DNA of 64,000 nt from Minisyncoccota bacterium (GCA_028697015.1 JAQVFW010000001.1:67603-131602), one strand, 5' to 3'; positions 1 to 10,471 are shown, counted from the first letter of the stretch. Notes: generated by a model from the letters alone, not told the origin. A program made the numbers and translations.

Positions 1-1265
1 ACACTTTTTTTGCCCAAGTTGTAAAATTGGTTGAAGAGGCTCAAGGGAGCCGCATTCCTATTCAAGAATTTGCAGACAAGGTTACTTCCTATTTTGTTCC
101 AGCAATTCTTTTAATTGCAATTTTTACCGTTTTGTCTTGGCTTTTTGTTGGCAATTGGTATGTGGCAATTGTTGCAAGTATTACCGTTCTTATTATCGCT
201 TGTCCTTGCGCTCTTGGCCTTGCTACGCCTACCGCTTTAACTGTTGGCATTGGAAGAGGGGCAAAGCAAGGAATTTTATTTAGAAGAGGAGAAGCGATTG
301 AGCTGATGGGAAAAACAAAAGTGATTGTTCTTGATAAGACGGGAACCCTTACAAAGGGACAGCCGGATGTAACTGATATTATTGAAATTAACGGAAATAA
401 TATTTCTGATATTTTACAAATTGCGTCTTCTGTGGAAAATAATTCTGAGCATCCTTTAGCCAGGGCGATTGTGAAAAAAGCAAAGGAAAAAAATATTGAA
501 TTGCTAAGAACGGAAAATTTTAAGGCGGTTTTTGGCAAAGGAGTTGAAGCACTTGTAAACGGAAGGAGAATTTTAGTTGGCAGAAGAATGCTATTGCAAG
601 AGAATAATATTTCTTTTTCTTCCATTGAAGAAATTGCCTCAAAACTAGAAGAACAAGGGAAAACGGCCATGTTTGTTGCAGATGATAAAAAAGTTTTGGG
701 AATAATTGCCGTGGCTGATACTTTGAAAAAAGAGACCAAAGAAGCAATTAAAGAGCTTCATAATATGGGATATAAACTTGTTATGTTAACCGGTGACAAT
801 AAAAAAACAGCAAGCGCTATTTCGAAAGAAATTGGCATTGACGAGGTTATAGCAGAGGTCTTGCCTAGTGAAAAAGTTGATGTAATAAAAAAGCTGCAAG
901 AAGAAGGAAAGGTAAAAGTTGCCATGGTTGGCGACGGAATAAACGACGCTCCGGCCTTGACTCAGGCAGATGTGGGAATAGCTATTGGTACCGGAACCGA
1001 TATCGCAATTGAAGCGGGAGAGATTACTCTTGTAGGAGGAGAATTAAACGCTTTGATTAATTCTATAAAATTAAGTCGAATGACATTTAAAACAATTCGC
1101 CAGAATCTTTTTTGGGCTTATGTATATAATGCAATAGCGATTCCTATAGCTGCTTTTGGAATTTTAGCTACGATGATAGGCCCCATTATTGCCGCCGGGG
1201 CTATGGCTTTTTCTTCGTTTTCGGTAGTTCTTAATTCCTTGCGGCTGAGGAAAACAAAACTGTAA
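1..1265 (+). CDS. copA: Heavy-metal (copper-type) P1B-type ATPase, C-terminal part; 5' end cut by window edge
   Basis: The frame is open from position 3. It has the TM CPC motif (IIACPCALGLATP), the DKTGTLT phosphorylation site and the GDGINDAP hinge motif. Confidence 0.9.
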   Translation, partial: TFFAQVVKLVEEAQGSRIPIQEFADKVTSYFVPAILLIAIFTVLSWLFVGNWYVAIVASITVLIIACPCALGLATPTALTVGIGRGAKQGILFRRGEAIELMGKTKVIVLDKTGTLTKGQPDVTDIIEINGNNISDILQIASSVENNSEHPLARAIVKKAKEKNIELLRTENFKAVFGKGVEALVNGRRILVGRRMLLQENNISFSSIEEIASKLEEQGKTAMFVADDKKVLGIIAVADTLKKETKEAIKELHNMGYKLVMLTGDNKKTASAISKEIGIDEVIAEVLPSEKVDVIKKLQEEGKVKVAMVGDGINDAPALTQADVGIAIGTGTDIAIEAGEITLVGGELNALINSIKLSRMTFKTIRQNLFWAYVYNAIAIPIAAFGILATMIGPIIAAGAMAFSSFSVVLNSLRLRKTKL

Positions 1266-1272
1266 AAAAGAA

Positions 1273-1692
1273 TTAAAAAACCATAAAAAGCGCTCCTATT
1301 GTTATAAGAATGGCGCCTATTGCTACTTTTAAAGTCAAAGCTTCGGCTAAAAAGAGAGCGGCAAAAACAACGACGAAAACCACGCTCAACCTATCAAGAG
1401 CGGCTACTCCCGATGCCGGTCCGTATTTTAGCGCTACGAAATAAAAGAGCCACGAGAGGGCTCCGGCAATTCCTGAAAGGGCGATGAAAAAAAGAAGTTT
1501 CCCGCTTATTGTTGAAACTGTCTGCCATTTTCCCGATAACAATGTCACAATGGCAAGAAATGTTGCCATAATTATTGCTCTTACTGTTGTTGCAAGAGTG
1601 GGATCAATTCCCGCAATTCCTATTTTCCCGAAAATTGCAACTAGAGCTGCAAAGACCGCTGCTAAAAGCGCATATAGTATCCAAATAGGCAT
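1273..1692 (-). CDS. Small EamA/DMT-superfamily membrane transporter (single EamA domain, 139 aa)
   Basis: The protein is hydrophobic throughout with 4-5 predicted helices and an EamA-like pattern (LSWLFYFVALKYGPASGVAALDRLSVVF). Confidence 0.6.
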   Translation of the reverse strand: MPIWILYALLAAVFAALVAIFGKIGIAGIDPTLATTVRAIIMATFLAIVTLLSGKWQTVSTISGKLLFFIALSGIAGALSWLFYFVALKYGPASGVAALDRLSVVFVVVFAALFLAEALTLKVAIGAILITIGALFMVF

Positions 1693-1718
1693 ATTTTTTA
1701 AATTTAAATTTTATTTTT

Positions 1719-1789
1719 TCGGGGCGCCGAGATTCGAACTCGAACTAAATCCACCCCATGGACTCGTGCTACCGTTACACTACGCCCCG
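1719..1789 (-). tRNA. tRNA-Pro (anticodon GGG), no encoded CCA
   Basis: The reverse complement folds as CGGGGCG-TA-GTGT-AACGGTA-GCAC-G-AGTCC-ATGGGGT-GGATT-TAGT-TCGAG-TTCGAAT-CTCGG-CGCCCCG-A. This is a canonical cloverleaf with a TTCGAAT T-loop, U33 and G37. Confidence 0.85.
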
Positions 1790-1823
1790 TTTTTAAATAA
1801 AATAAATTAACACAAGCTGAAAT

Positions 1824-2009
1824 TTATTTTCCTTTTCCTACAGATTTAATACATTTAGTACAAGCAAGAACTCTTTCACCCGAAGGAAGCTTTACCCATT
1901 GAAGGTTTGGTTTTTTTCTTTTCTTAATCGTTGGATTATATTTTCCACGAAGTTTTACCAGCTTCTGGACCATTACCGAGCCCTTATTGCATATTGAACA
2001 TGTTTTCAT
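1824..2009 (-). CDS. rpmB: 50S ribosomal protein L28 (Cys4 zinc-ribbon form)
   Basis: A 61-aa basic protein with CSIC...PNLQ...CTKC, which is an L28-like pattern. Confidence 0.8.
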   Translation of the reverse strand: MKTCSICNKGSVMVQKLVKLRGKYNPTIKKRKKPNLQWVKLPSGERVLACTKCIKSVGKGK

Positions 2010-2110
2010 ATTTTTTTATCCTTTATTTTTTCTTAAAAGAAAGCAATTTAATTATCGCTTCAACAATAACCTATATTTGATAAATTTTCAAGTTCTGATA
2101 TAATATTTTA

Positions 2111-2737
2111 ATGGAAACGATATTTATTATTGTCATTTTAATACTTTCTGTAATTATCCATGAAGTTGCCCATGGAGCAATGGCAAATTATATGGGAGAT
2201 CCGACGGCAAAATATGCGGGGCGTCTTACATTAAATCCGATAAAGCATATTGATCCTATCGGTTCTGTTGTTATCCCTTTGCTTCTTGTTTTATTTCAGA
2301 GCGGAGTTATTTTTGGATGGGCGAAACCGGTTCCGATTAACCCTTACAATTTTAAAGATCAAAAATATGGCAGCGCAAAAGTTTCTGCCGCAGGCCCTTT
2401 TTCTAATTTTTCCTTAGCTCTTGTTTTTGGTCTTTCTATGCGCTTTTTGCCTCTTTCTCCCAATCTTCTTTTTATATTCGGAATCATTGTCTATATTAAT
2501 TTGGTTCTTGGAATTTTTAATTTAATTCCCATTCCTCCTCTTGACGGTTCTCATATTCTTTTTACCTTTCTTCCTCTCTCAATGGAGCATGTCAAAATTT
2601 TTCTAAGCCAGTACGGCCTTTTTATTCTTCTCTTTCTAATTTTCTTTCTGCTCGGGCCTATTTTTTCTTTTATTGCTTTTATTTTTGAACTTATTTCGGG
2701 AATTTCTTTTTCTCAAATAATCTATCTTCTTGGGTGA
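2111..2737 (+). CDS. Peptidase M50 / site-2 protease family membrane metalloprotease
   Basis: HEVAHG (HExxH) lies in the first TM helix. The protein is polytopic and hydrophobic, with NLIPIPPLDGSH as the second metal-ligand motif. Confidence 0.8.
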   Translation: METIFIIVILILSVIIHEVAHGAMANYMGDPTAKYAGRLTLNPIKHIDPIGSVVIPLLLVLFQSGVIFGWAKPVPINPYNFKDQKYGSAKVSAAGPFSNFSLALVFGLSMRFLPLSPNLLFIFGIIVYINLVLGIFNLIPIPPLDGSHILFTFLPLSMEHVKIFLSQYGLFILLFLIFFLLGPIFSFIAFIFELISGISFSQIIYLLG

Positions 2738-2790
2738 TTCTTTTTTTGGTTAATTCAAGTGTTGGTTTAGTAATTTTTTAAGAATAAAAT

Positions 2791-2973
2791 ATGCTTAAAA
2801 AAATTCTATATTATGAAGTGCCAACAAAGATAGGAGTTGCTATCATTCTTATTTTTTCTCTTATTGCATACGGAGGAATTCTGTTTTGGATTTATACAAC
2901 GCTAATGACTCTTGAAGAACATGAAACGGAAAAATCTGTAAAAGAGGAAAAAATAGAAAATACGAGAGAATAA
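2791..2973 (+). CDS. Hypothetical small membrane protein (60 aa)
   Basis: ORF with one clear TM helix, followed by a terminator. No family was recognised. Confidence 0.35.
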   Translation: MLKKILYYEVPTKIGVAIILIFSLIAYGGILFWIYTTLMTLEEHETEKSVKEEKIENTRE

Positions 2974-2993
2974 AAAATTGATTTTTATTCGCA

Positions 2994-3018
2994 TCTCTTT
3001 AAAAGAGAGAGTTTTTTT
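2994..3018 (+). terminator. Rho-independent terminator-like hairpin
   Basis: TCTCTTT-AAA-AGAGAGA stem-loop followed by G plus T7. Confidence 0.55.
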
Positions 3019-3089
3019 ATGATTTGTAAAAATAGATTCCCTTAATTTTTATTTATTAACTAATTGGCAAAGAAAAGCTAGTTTTTAAT

Positions 3090-3118
3090 TTGACATTATT
3101 TTTATTTTCTGCTACATT
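3090..3118 (+). promoter_or_regulatory. Putative sigma70-type promoter of the str operon
   Basis: TTGACA, a 17-nt spacer, then TACATT, about 55 nt upstream of the rpsL ATG. Confidence 0.4.
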
Positions 3119-3130
3119 TTTAACTACTTG

Positions 3131-3150
3131 AGCGTTATACGCTTTTTGTT
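3131..3150 (+). promoter_or_regulatory. Leader hairpin plus U-tract (attenuator-like) upstream of rpsL
   Basis: AGCGT-TAT-ACGCT stem-loop followed by TTTTGTTTT. It lies between the putative -10 box and the rpsL start. Confidence 0.35.
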
Positions 3151-3170
3151 TTAATTTTCAGCGCTATTTT

Positions 3171-3584
3171 ATGTCAACAATAAACCAACTGGTAAAAAAA
3201 GGAAGAAAGAAAACGAAAAAAAAGGTTACAATGCAAGCCCTTACTTTTGGTTTTAATTCTTTAAAAAATAGGCCCAAAAAATATTCTTCTCCTTTTAAAA
3301 AAGGAGTTTGCCTTAAGGTGTTTACAGCTACCCCGAGAAAGCCGAATTCCGCTTTGCGCAAAGTAGCAAGAGTTCGTCTTACAAACGGAATGGAAGTGAC
3401 TGCCTTTATCCCCGGAGAAGGGCATAACCTTCAAGAACACTCCATTGTTGTTATAAGAGGAGGGAAGGTAAAAGATCTTCCTGGAGTAAGATACCATGTC
3501 GTAAGAGGGGTTCTTGATGCGGGAGGAGTTGAAAAGAGAAAACAAGGAAGAAGCAAATACGGGGCAAAAAGAGCCAAAAAGTAA
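3171..3584 (+). CDS. rpsL: 30S ribosomal protein S12
   Basis: [12 protein letters not shown]... [19 protein letters not shown]... is the typical S12 sequence. Confidence 0.97.
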   Translation: MSTINQLVKKGRKKTKKKVTMQALTFGFNSLKNRPKKYSSPFKKGVCLKVFTATPRKPNSALRKVARVRLTNGMEVTAFIPGEGHNLQEHSIVVIRGGKVKDLPGVRYHVVRGVLDAGGVEKRKQGRSKYGAKRAKK

Positions 3585-3595
3585 AATATTGAAAA

Positions 3596-4057
3596 ATGGG
3601 AAAAATAAAAAAAAGACAAATAAATCCTGATTCTCTTTACGATAGTGTTGAAGTTTCAAAATTAATTAATCAGATAATGAGGATGGGGAAAAAAACTATT
3701 GCAAGAAAAATTGTTTATGGTTCTTTTGATATTATCAAAGAAAAAACCAAAAAAGAGCCGCTTGATATTTTTATTCTTGCTATTGATAACGTTTCTCCAA
3801 TCCTTGAAGTAAAGTCAAAAAGAGTAGGGGGTGCCACTTATCAAGTTCCTGTTGAGGTTAAAAGCGACAGGAAAATAGCATTGGCTTTCAGATGGATTAT
3901 AAACGGAGCAAAAAGTAGAAAAGGTAAGCCGATGAAAGAAGCTCTTGCTCTTGAAATTATTGACGCTTCAAATAATACGGGATGGGCGGCGAAAAAGAAA
4001 ACAGATACCCATAAAATGGCTGAGGCAAACAGGGCTTTTGCTCATTTTGCATGGTAA
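3596..4057 (+). CDS. rpsG: 30S ribosomal protein S7
   Basis: S7-like sequence ([19 protein letters not shown] ... AFAHFAW) in the conserved position after rpsL. Confidence 0.95.
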   Translation: MGKIKKRQINPDSLYDSVEVSKLINQIMRMGKKTIARKIVYGSFDIIKEKTKKEPLDIFILAIDNVSPILEVKSKRVGGATYQVPVEVKSDRKIALAFRWIINGAKSRKGKPMKEALALEIIDASNNTGWAAKKKTDTHKMAEANRAFAHFAW

Positions 4058-4097
4058 GTTCTTTTACTATATCTAAATATTCTAATATTTTAATTAT

Positions 4098-6200
4098 ATG
4101 AGGCAGTATCAAATAGGAAAATACAGAGACATAGGCATTATCGCCCACATTGACGCCGGAAAGACAACCGTTTCCGAGCGTGTTTTGTTTTACACCGGAA
4201 TTTCCCATAAAATAGGCGAGGTTCACGACGGAGCCGCTATAATGGACTGGATGGAACAGGAAAGAGAAAGAGGGATTACGATAACTTCCGCTGCAACTAC
4301 TTGCTTTTGGACTCCTACCTATCTTGAAAAGAAAAAAGAAAATGAATATAGAATCAATCTTATTGATACTCCTGGGCATATCGATTTTACCGCTGAAGTT
4401 CAGCGTTCTTTGAGAGTTCTTGACGGAGCGGTTGTTGTTTTTGACGGAGTAGCCGGGGTGGAACCGCAATCGGAAACTGTATGGAGGCAGGCAGACAAGT
4501 TTAAAGTGCCCAGAATTTGTTTTATAAACAAACTTGACAGAACAGGTGCTTCTTTTGAAAATGCTCTAAATTCAATATATCAGAAACTTACTCCTAATGC
4601 TGTTGCTGTTCAATTGCCAATAGGAAAGGAGGAAGAATTAAAGGGAATAGTTGACCTTATAGAAATGAAGGCGGTTTTTTTTGAAGGGGATTTTGAACAA
4701 ATGATAAAAAAAGAGGATCTTCAGGAGGATATTGCAAATTTAGCAAAACCATGGAGAGAAAAAATGGTTGAAAAAATAGTTGCTGAAGACGAAGCAATCT
4801 TGGAGAAATATCTTTCAGGAGAAGATATTTTACCGGAAGAACTGAAAAAAATATTAAGAAAAGCTGTTCTTTCTTCTCGGCTTGTTCCTGTTTTTTGCGG
4901 TTCGGCTTTAAAAAATAAAGGAGTTCAATTATTACTTGATGCTGTTTGCGATTATCTTCCAAATCCAATTGATTTGCCTCCTGTCGAAGGAGAAGATCCT
5001 CAAACGGGAGAGAAATTATCAAGAAAAGCAGATGACTCTGAAAAGTTTTCTGCATTGGTTTTTAAAGTTGCTACCGACCCTTATGTCGGAACTTTGTCTT
5101 TCTTTCGAGTTTATTCAGGCACCCTGGAATCCGGTTCTTACGTTTTAAACTCTGCAACAGGAAGCAAAGAACGGCTTGGAAGAATTCTTAGAATGCATTC
5201 TGCGGAAAGAGAAGAGGTTAAAGAAGTTTTCGCAGGAGACATAGCCGCTGCAGTAGGACTAAAAAATACAAGAACAGGCGACACTATATGTGACGAAAGC
5301 GATCCGATTCTTCTTGAAAATATTGTTTTTCCGGATCCTGTTATTTCAATAAGAATAGAGCCGAAAACCAAGGCCGATCAGGAAAAGATGGGAATGGCCT
5401 TAAAGCGTCTTTCTGACGAGGATCCTACATTTAAGATAAAAAGCGATCAAGAAACAGGAGACACTCTTATTTCAGGAATGGGAGAGCTTCATCTTGATAT
5501 TATCGTTGATAGGATGAGAAGAGAATTTAACGTTGATTGTGCCGTTTCAAAACCCCAGGTTGCCTATAAAGAAACAATCAAATCTCAGAGCGAGGCGGAA
5601 GGAAAATATATCAAGCAATCAGGAGGAAGAGGACAGTATGGACACGTTAAAATTAGAATTAAACCGCTTGAAAGAGGAAAAGGATTTGTTTTTGTTGACG
5701 AAATAAGAGGAGGAATAATACCTAGAGAATTTATTCCGGCTGTGGAAAAAGGATTAAGGGAAGCAGTAGACAGAGGAATTCTTGCTGGCTATCCGGCAGT
5801 TGACATTGAAGCTACTCTCTATGACGGATCTTTCCATGATGTCGATTCTTCTGAAAATGCATTTAAAATTGCTGCCTCAATGGCTTTCCAAGAAGCGTCC
5901 AAAAAGGCAAATCCTGTTTTACTTGAACCTATAATGAAAATAGAAGTTATTATTCCAACGGATTTCTTTGGAGATGTTATAGGAGATCTTTCTTCGCGCA
6001 GAGGAAGAATTGAAGAAACGGAAGATCGTTTAAATATGAAAATAGTACATGCCAGAGTTCCGCTATCTGAAATGTTCGGCTATGCCACGGGGCTCAGGTC
6101 GATAACCGAAGGAAGAGGAAATTTCTCCATGGAATTCGATTATTATGCGGAGGTTCCTCAAAGCATAGCGGAAGAGATTATTAAAGGAGGAAGAAAATAA
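4098..6200 (+). CDS. fusA: Elongation factor G
   Basis: GTPase motifs [14 protein letters not shown] and NKLD in a 700-aa protein. The gene order is the str operon order. Confidence 0.97.
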   Translation: MRQYQIGKYRDIGIIAHIDAGKTTVSERVLFYTGISHKIGEVHDGAAIMDWMEQERERGITITSAATTCFWTPTYLEKKKENEYRINLIDTPGHIDFTAEVQRSLRVLDGAVVVFDGVAGVEPQSETVWRQADKFKVPRICFINKLDRTGASFENALNSIYQKLTPNAVAVQLPIGKEEELKGIVDLIEMKAVFFEGDFEQMIKKEDLQEDIANLAKPWREKMVEKIVAEDEAILEKYLSGEDILPEELKKILRKAVLSSRLVPVFCGSALKNKGVQLLLDAVCDYLPNPIDLPPVEGEDPQTGEKLSRKADDSEKFSALVFKVATDPYVGTLSFFRVYSGTLESGSYVLNSATGSKERLGRILRMHSAEREEVKEVFAGDIAAAVGLKNTRTGDTICDESDPILLENIVFPDPVISIRIEPKTKADQEKMGMALKRLSDEDPTFKIKSDQETGDTLISGMGELHLDIIVDRMRREFNVDCAVSKPQVAYKETIKSQSEAEGKYIKQSGGRGQYGHVKIRIKPLERGKGFVFVDEIRGGIIPREFIPAVEKGLREAVDRGILAGYPAVDIEATLYDGSFHDVDSSENAFKIAASMAFQEASKKANPVLLEPIMKIEVIIPTDFFGDVIGDLSSRRGRIEETEDRLNMKIVHARVPLSEMFGYATGLRSITEGRGNFSMEFDYYAEVPQSIAEEIIKGGRK

Positions 6201-6232
6201 TGATAAATAATTAAGTAAAAGAGAAAAAATAT

Positions 6233-6260
6233 TTGACTTTTATTTTAATTTCAGTAAAAT
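6233..6260 (+). promoter_or_regulatory. Putative internal promoter upstream of tuf
   Basis: TTGACT, a 16-nt spacer, then TAAAAT in the 155-bp fusA-tuf spacer. Confidence 0.35.
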
Positions 6261-6355
6261 AAAGTCACTAAAAATTTAATCAGACGCAAGGAAAGAATTT
6301 TCATAGGAAACCTTTTCTTATAAAATCCTTTATACTTTGCGCTCTATAAAATATT

Positions 6356-7555
6356 ATGGCAGAAAAAGAAAAATTTGAACGTTCCAAGCCCCATGTCAAT
6401 GTCGGTACTATTGGCCATGTTGACCATGGGAAAACAACCCTTACTGCCGCAATTCTTAATGTTTTGGACAAGAAGGGTTTGAAAGTTACAAAAAAGGGCG
6501 TTAACGAGATTGATGCCGCTCCTGAAGAAAAGGAGAGAGGTATAACTGTCGCTGTAGCGCATGTCGAATATGAATCGGAAAAGAGGCATTATGCCCATAT
6601 TGACTGCCCTGGACATGCCGATTACATTAAAAACATGATTACGGGAGCAGCTCAGATGGACGGAGCAATACTAGTTGTCTCTGCAACAGACGGTCCTATG
6701 CCTCAAACAAGAGAGCATATTCTTCTTGCAAAGCAAGTAGGATTGCCTTCTTTTGTCGTTTTCTTGAATAAATGCGACATGGTAGACGATCCGGAGATGA
6801 TTGACCTTATTGAATCAGAAATAAGGGAGCTTTTGAACAAACATGAGTATCCTGGTGATGAAACTCCGATTATAAGAGGGTCTGCTTTAAAAGCACTTGA
6901 AGCTGGTTCTGCTGAAGACGAGGCAGCAAAACCGGTATTGGAGCTTATCAGCGCTTTAGACGACTATATTAAGGAACCAAAAAGAGATACCGATAAACCT
7001 TTTTTGATGGCTATTGAAGATGTGTTTTCAATAGAAGGAAGAGGAACAGTTGCGACAGGAAGAATTGAAAGAGGAATTGTCAAGCAAAACGAAGAAATAG
7101 AAATTGTTGGGATGCGCCCGACTCAAAAAACGGTTGCCGTAAGCGTTGAGATGTTTAATAAGATACTTGATGAAGGAAGAGCAGGAGATAACGTTGGTAT
7201 TCTTCTTCGAGGTCTTAAGAAGGAAGATATTGAACGCGGACAGGTGCTTTCAAAAACAGGATCAGTTACTCCTCATACCGAGTTTGAAACTGAAGTATAT
7301 ATTTTAACCAAAGAAGAAGGAGGAAGGCATACACCCTTTTTTGCAGGGTATAAACCTCAGTTTTACATTAGAACAACCGATGTAACGGGAGAAGCGATTC
7401 TTCCAGAAGGAACAGAAATGGTTATGCCGGGAGATACTGTCAATTTGAAAGTAAAATTAATAGTTCCAGTAGCCCTTGAAGAACAGCAAAGATTTGCAAT
7501 CAGAGAAGGGGGAAGAACAGTTGGCGCCGGAGTTGTTACAAAGATTATTAAGTAA
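6356..7555 (+). CDS. tuf: Elongation factor Tu
   Basis: [18 protein letters not shown] and NKCD motifs in a 399-aa protein. Confidence 0.98.
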   Translation: MAEKEKFERSKPHVNVGTIGHVDHGKTTLTAAILNVLDKKGLKVTKKGVNEIDAAPEEKERGITVAVAHVEYESEKRHYAHIDCPGHADYIKNMITGAAQMDGAILVVSATDGPMPQTREHILLAKQVGLPSFVVFLNKCDMVDDPEMIDLIESEIRELLNKHEYPGDETPIIRGSALKALEAGSAEDEAAKPVLELISALDDYIKEPKRDTDKPFLMAIEDVFSIEGRGTVATGRIERGIVKQNEEIEIVGMRPTQKTVAVSVEMFNKILDEGRAGDNVGILLRGLKKEDIERGQVLSKTGSVTPHTEFETEVYILTKEEGGRHTPFFAGYKPQFYIRTTDVTGEAILPEGTEMVMPGDTVNLKVKLIVPVALEEQQRFAIREGGRTVGAGVVTKIIK

Positions 7556-7561
7556 AAAAAC

Positions 7562-7595
7562 AGGCCCCAATCAAGCTTTTGGGGCCATGTTCTTT
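7562..7595 (+). terminator. Hairpin terminator/attenuator after tuf
   Basis: GGCCCCAA-TCAAGCTT-TTGGGGCC (8-bp GC-rich stem) followed by a T-rich tract. It sits 9 nt before the rpsJ start. Confidence 0.55.
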
Positions 7596-7603
7596 ATTAT
7601 AAA

Positions 7604-7930
7604 ATGGTTGAAGCAAAAGAAAAAACAAAACAACGATTAAGGATAAAGCTTCGAGCGTATGATTATAAAGTAATTGATACTTGCGCCAAGCAAATAATAG
7701 ACACGACTCTTCGTCATGGAGGAAAAGTGGTAGGTCCGGTTCCCTTACCAACTGAAATTAGTAAGTATACCGTAAATAGGTCTTCATTCGTTCATAAGGA
7801 TAGCAGGGAACAATTTGAAACTAGGGTCCATAAAAGATTAATTGATATTTTCGATTTTAATCCCGAAACAATGGATGCCTTAACAGACCTTACTTTGCCG
7901 GCAGGCGTTGATATTGAAATAAAGACATAA
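7604..7930 (+). CDS. rpsJ: 30S ribosomal protein S10
   Basis: RIKLRAYDYKVID...PLPT... is an S10 pattern. Confidence 0.95.
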   Translation: MVEAKEKTKQRLRIKLRAYDYKVIDTCAKQIIDTTLRHGGKVVGPVPLPTEISKYTVNRSSFVHKDSREQFETRVHKRLIDIFDFNPETMDALTDLTLPAGVDIEIKT

Positions 7931-7954
7931 AGATCGCACTACTTACTAGTTTTT

Positions 7955-7982
7955 AAAACCTAAGGCCGGTGCCTTGGTTTTT
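7955..7982 (+). promoter_or_regulatory. A-tract/hairpin/T-tract element between rpsJ and rplC
   Basis: AAAACC(T)AAGG-CCGGTG-CCTTGGTTTT forms 10 bp with one bulge. It sits in an 89-nt spacer inside the S10 operon. Confidence 0.45.
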
Positions 7983-8019
7983 AGTTAAAGGGTAAAGATT
8001 GATTAAAAGCATCAAAACA

Positions 8020-8616
8020 ATGAGCTTCATATTAGGAAAAAAAATAAAAATGTCACAGATTTTTGACGAAAGCGGAAAAGTAGTTCCCGTAACTGTTGTG
8101 GAAGCAGGTCCTGTTTTTGTGCTCCAAATTAAAAAGAAAGAAGGAAAGGACAATTATGATGCTGTTGCTGTCGGTTTTTTAAAAATAGAAAAAAAGAATA
8201 AAATCAAAAAGACGGCAAAAGGAAAAGAATTTAAGCATATTAAAGAATTTAAAAGCGATAATGAATTGAAAATAGGAGATAAGATAGATGTTTCCGTTTT
8301 CAATAAAGGAGACAAAGTAGATGTTTCAGGATTTTCAAAAGGAAAAGGATATACGGGAGTAGTAAAAAGATGGAACTTTACAATGAAACCGGCAACTCAT
8401 GGAACAAAGCATACGCAAAGAGCCATGGGTTCAACCGGAGGAAGATTTCCCCAGAGAGTTGTTAAAGGAAGAAAAATGCCTGGACGATTGGGTTTTGAAA
8501 AAACAACAGTTAAAAAGTTAAAAATAGAAGCAGTTGATGCAGAAAACAATTTAATATTATTAAGAGGAGCCGTTCCAGGGAGACCGGGAACTATTCTTTC
8601 ACTTATTAAGGTATGA
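8020..8616 (+). CDS. rplC: 50S ribosomal protein L3
   Basis: The ATG at 8020 gives MSFILGKKIKMSQIFDESGKVVPVTVVEAGP, a typical L3 N-terminus. The track start at 7999 is a TTG upstream extension. Confidence 0.93.
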   Translation: MSFILGKKIKMSQIFDESGKVVPVTVVEAGPVFVLQIKKKEGKDNYDAVAVGFLKIEKKNKIKKTAKGKEFKHIKEFKSDNELKIGDKIDVSVFNKGDKVDVSGFSKGKGYTGVVKRWNFTMKPATHGTKHTQRAMGSTGGRFPQRVVKGRKMPGRLGFEKTTVKKLKIEAVDAENNLILLRGAVPGRPGTILSLIKV

Positions 8617-9239
8617 AATATCCAGTTTACAACATAGAAGGAAAAGAAACAGATTCTGTTCTTCTTCCAGAGGATATTTTTGAAGTTGAAATGAACGATG
8701 ATTTAGTCCATCAGGTAATGGTTTTGCAGTCTTCAAACAGAAGGCAGAATACTGCAGACACAAAAGATAGGGCAGAAGCAAGAGGAGGAGGAAAAAAACC
8801 ATGGAGGCAAAAAGGCACGGGAAGAGCTCGTCATGGTTCAAGTCGTTCTCCCATATGGAAAGGAGGAGGAGTAACTTTTGGACCTACAGACGAGAGAAAT
8901 TATAAAAAAAAGATTAATAAAAAAACGAAAAAGAAGGCCTTGTATATGGTTTTATCAAGCAAAGCAAAGAACAGGTCTCTTTATATTATAGACAGTTTTG
9001 ATTCCATTGTTCCGAAAACAAAAGAAATGGCAAAAGTGCTAAAGAATCTAAAGATAGAAAAATCTGTTATTGTCGCTCCTTTATCAAACAATGAAACTGT
9101 TTTCAGGGCTTGCAGAAATATTCCCGGCGTACTTATTATGCCGATTTTAGACCTTAATGTTTTAGATTTGCTTTCTTTTAAGGATTTGATTTTAACTAAA
9201 GACGGAATCAAGAATATAAAGAAAAATTCAGTGAAATAA
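8613..9239 (+). CDS. rplD: 50S ribosomal protein L4
   Basis: GGGKKPWRQKGTGRARHGS motif. The start overlaps the rplC stop in an ATGA overlap. Confidence 0.9.
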   Translation: MKYPVYNIEGKETDSVLLPEDIFEVEMNDDLVHQVMVLQSSNRRQNTADTKDRAEARGGGKKPWRQKGTGRARHGSSRSPIWKGGGVTFGPTDERNYKKKINKKTKKKALYMVLSSKAKNRSLYIIDSFDSIVPKTKEMAKVLKNLKIEKSVIVAPLSNNETVFRACRNIPGVLIMPILDLNVLDLLSFKDLILTKDGIKNIKKNSVK

Positions 9240-9240
9240 T

Positions 9241-9648
9241 ATGGCCATACTTAATATTTTCAAAAAGGAGGATAAAAAGAAAAAATCAGCGGCCGTGTCT
9301 CTTGAAAAAAAGAAAGCGGTGTCTTCTTTGTCTTCTGTAAAAGAAGAAAAAAAAGAGGATATTAAAAAAAATCCGATAGTAAAGAATGTTCTTAGCGCTC
9401 CTTATTTTACTGAGAAAGCTGCTCTTCTTGAAAAGAACAACAAATATATTTTTAAGGTTCCAAAAGAAGCCAATAAGATTGAGATTAAAAAACAAGTGGA
9501 GAAAGAATATAACGTAAAGGTTGAAAGCGTAAACATTATTAATGTAAGAAGAAAAAGAAAACGCCTTGGGGGGCATAAGGGTTTTAAAAAAGGATATAAA
9601 AAAGCGATGGTTGCGCTTGAAGGAAGCAAGAAAATTGATTTGTCTTAA
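9241..9648 (+). CDS. rplW: 50S ribosomal protein L23 with ~50-aa Lys-rich N-terminal extension
   Basis: The L23 core starts near VLSAPYFTEKA...YIFKV. The gene lies in the expected position between rplD and rplB. Confidence 0.85.
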   Translation: MAILNIFKKEDKKKKSAAVSLEKKKAVSSLSSVKEEKKEDIKKNPIVKNVLSAPYFTEKAALLEKNNKYIFKVPKEANKIEIKKQVEKEYNVKVESVNIINVRRKRKRLGGHKGFKKGYKKAMVALEGSKKIDLS

Positions 9649-9662
9649 GAATAAAAAATATA

Positions 9663-10439
9663 ATGAAAACCGTATTAACTAAAAAAAAGCCGGAGAAAAA
9701 ACTGCTTAAATTCTTAAAGAACAAAGCAGGGCGTGGCAGTTCCGGAAGAATTACGGTTAGGCACAAAGGAGGGGGAGCAAAACGATTGTATAGGATTGTT
9801 GATTTTAAACAGCAAAAGATAGATATTCCTGCAGAGGTTATTTCAATAGAATATGATCCATACAGAACGGCCTATATCATGCTTCTTTTATATAAAGATG
9901 GAGAAAAGCGCTACAGCATAGCCCCTTTTAAAATAAAAGTCGGAGATAAGATTATTTGCTCTGAAAATGCGCAGGTTAAACCGGGAAATCGTTTAAAAAT
10001 AGAGAATGTTCCGGTTGGAACTCCCGTTTATAATATTGAACTTCAGCCCGGAAAAGGAGCCCAGATTGTAAGATCTGCGGGTGTTTCTGCTAAAGTTTCA
10101 GGAACAGAAGGAAAATATTCAATAGTTCAAATGCCCTCAGGAGAGATTAGAAAAATTTTAAAGGAATGTTACGTAACTGTGGGAGAAGTTTCGCATCCCG
10201 AATGGCGTTATGTTGATATAAAAAAGGCGGGAAACTCAAGGAGAAGAAGAATAAGACCAACTGTCAGAGGTTCTGCTATGAATCCGGTTGACCATCCTCA
10301 TGGAGGGGGAGAAGGAAGAACTTCAATCGGAATGAAATATCCTAAAACGCCTACCGGAAAACACGCTCTTGGAGTAAAGACAAGAGGGAAAAAACAAAGC
10401 GATAAGTATATTCTTCAAAGAAGGAAGAAGAAAAATTAA
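9663..10439 (+). CDS. rplB: 50S ribosomal protein L2
   Basis: GRITVRHKGGG and AMNPVDHPHGGGEGR motifs. Confidence 0.95.
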   Translation: MKTVLTKKKPEKKLLKFLKNKAGRGSSGRITVRHKGGGAKRLYRIVDFKQQKIDIPAEVISIEYDPYRTAYIMLLLYKDGEKRYSIAPFKIKVGDKIICSENAQVKPGNRLKIENVPVGTPVYNIELQPGKGAQIVRSAGVSAKVSGTEGKYSIVQMPSGEIRKILKECYVTVGEVSHPEWRYVDIKKAGNSRRRRIRPTVRGSAMNPVDHPHGGGEGRTSIGMKYPKTPTGKHALGVKTRGKKQSDKYILQRRKKKN

Positions 10440-10471
10440 CAATTATTTGCATTATTTCAATTATTGTAGTA

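Noticed and set aside
89-739. Long antisense ORFs opposite real genes (for example 89-739 opposite copA, 3957-4469 opposite rpsG/fusA, 13514-14134 opposite rplE, 29405-29848 opposite rplQ, 38221-38652 opposite mreB).
   Set aside because: They lie opposite strongly supported conserved genes and have F/L/S/I-rich low-complexity translations, as expected from the complement of Lys/Glu-rich AT-rich coding sequence. They also lack SD or promoter context, so they are treated as statistical artefacts.
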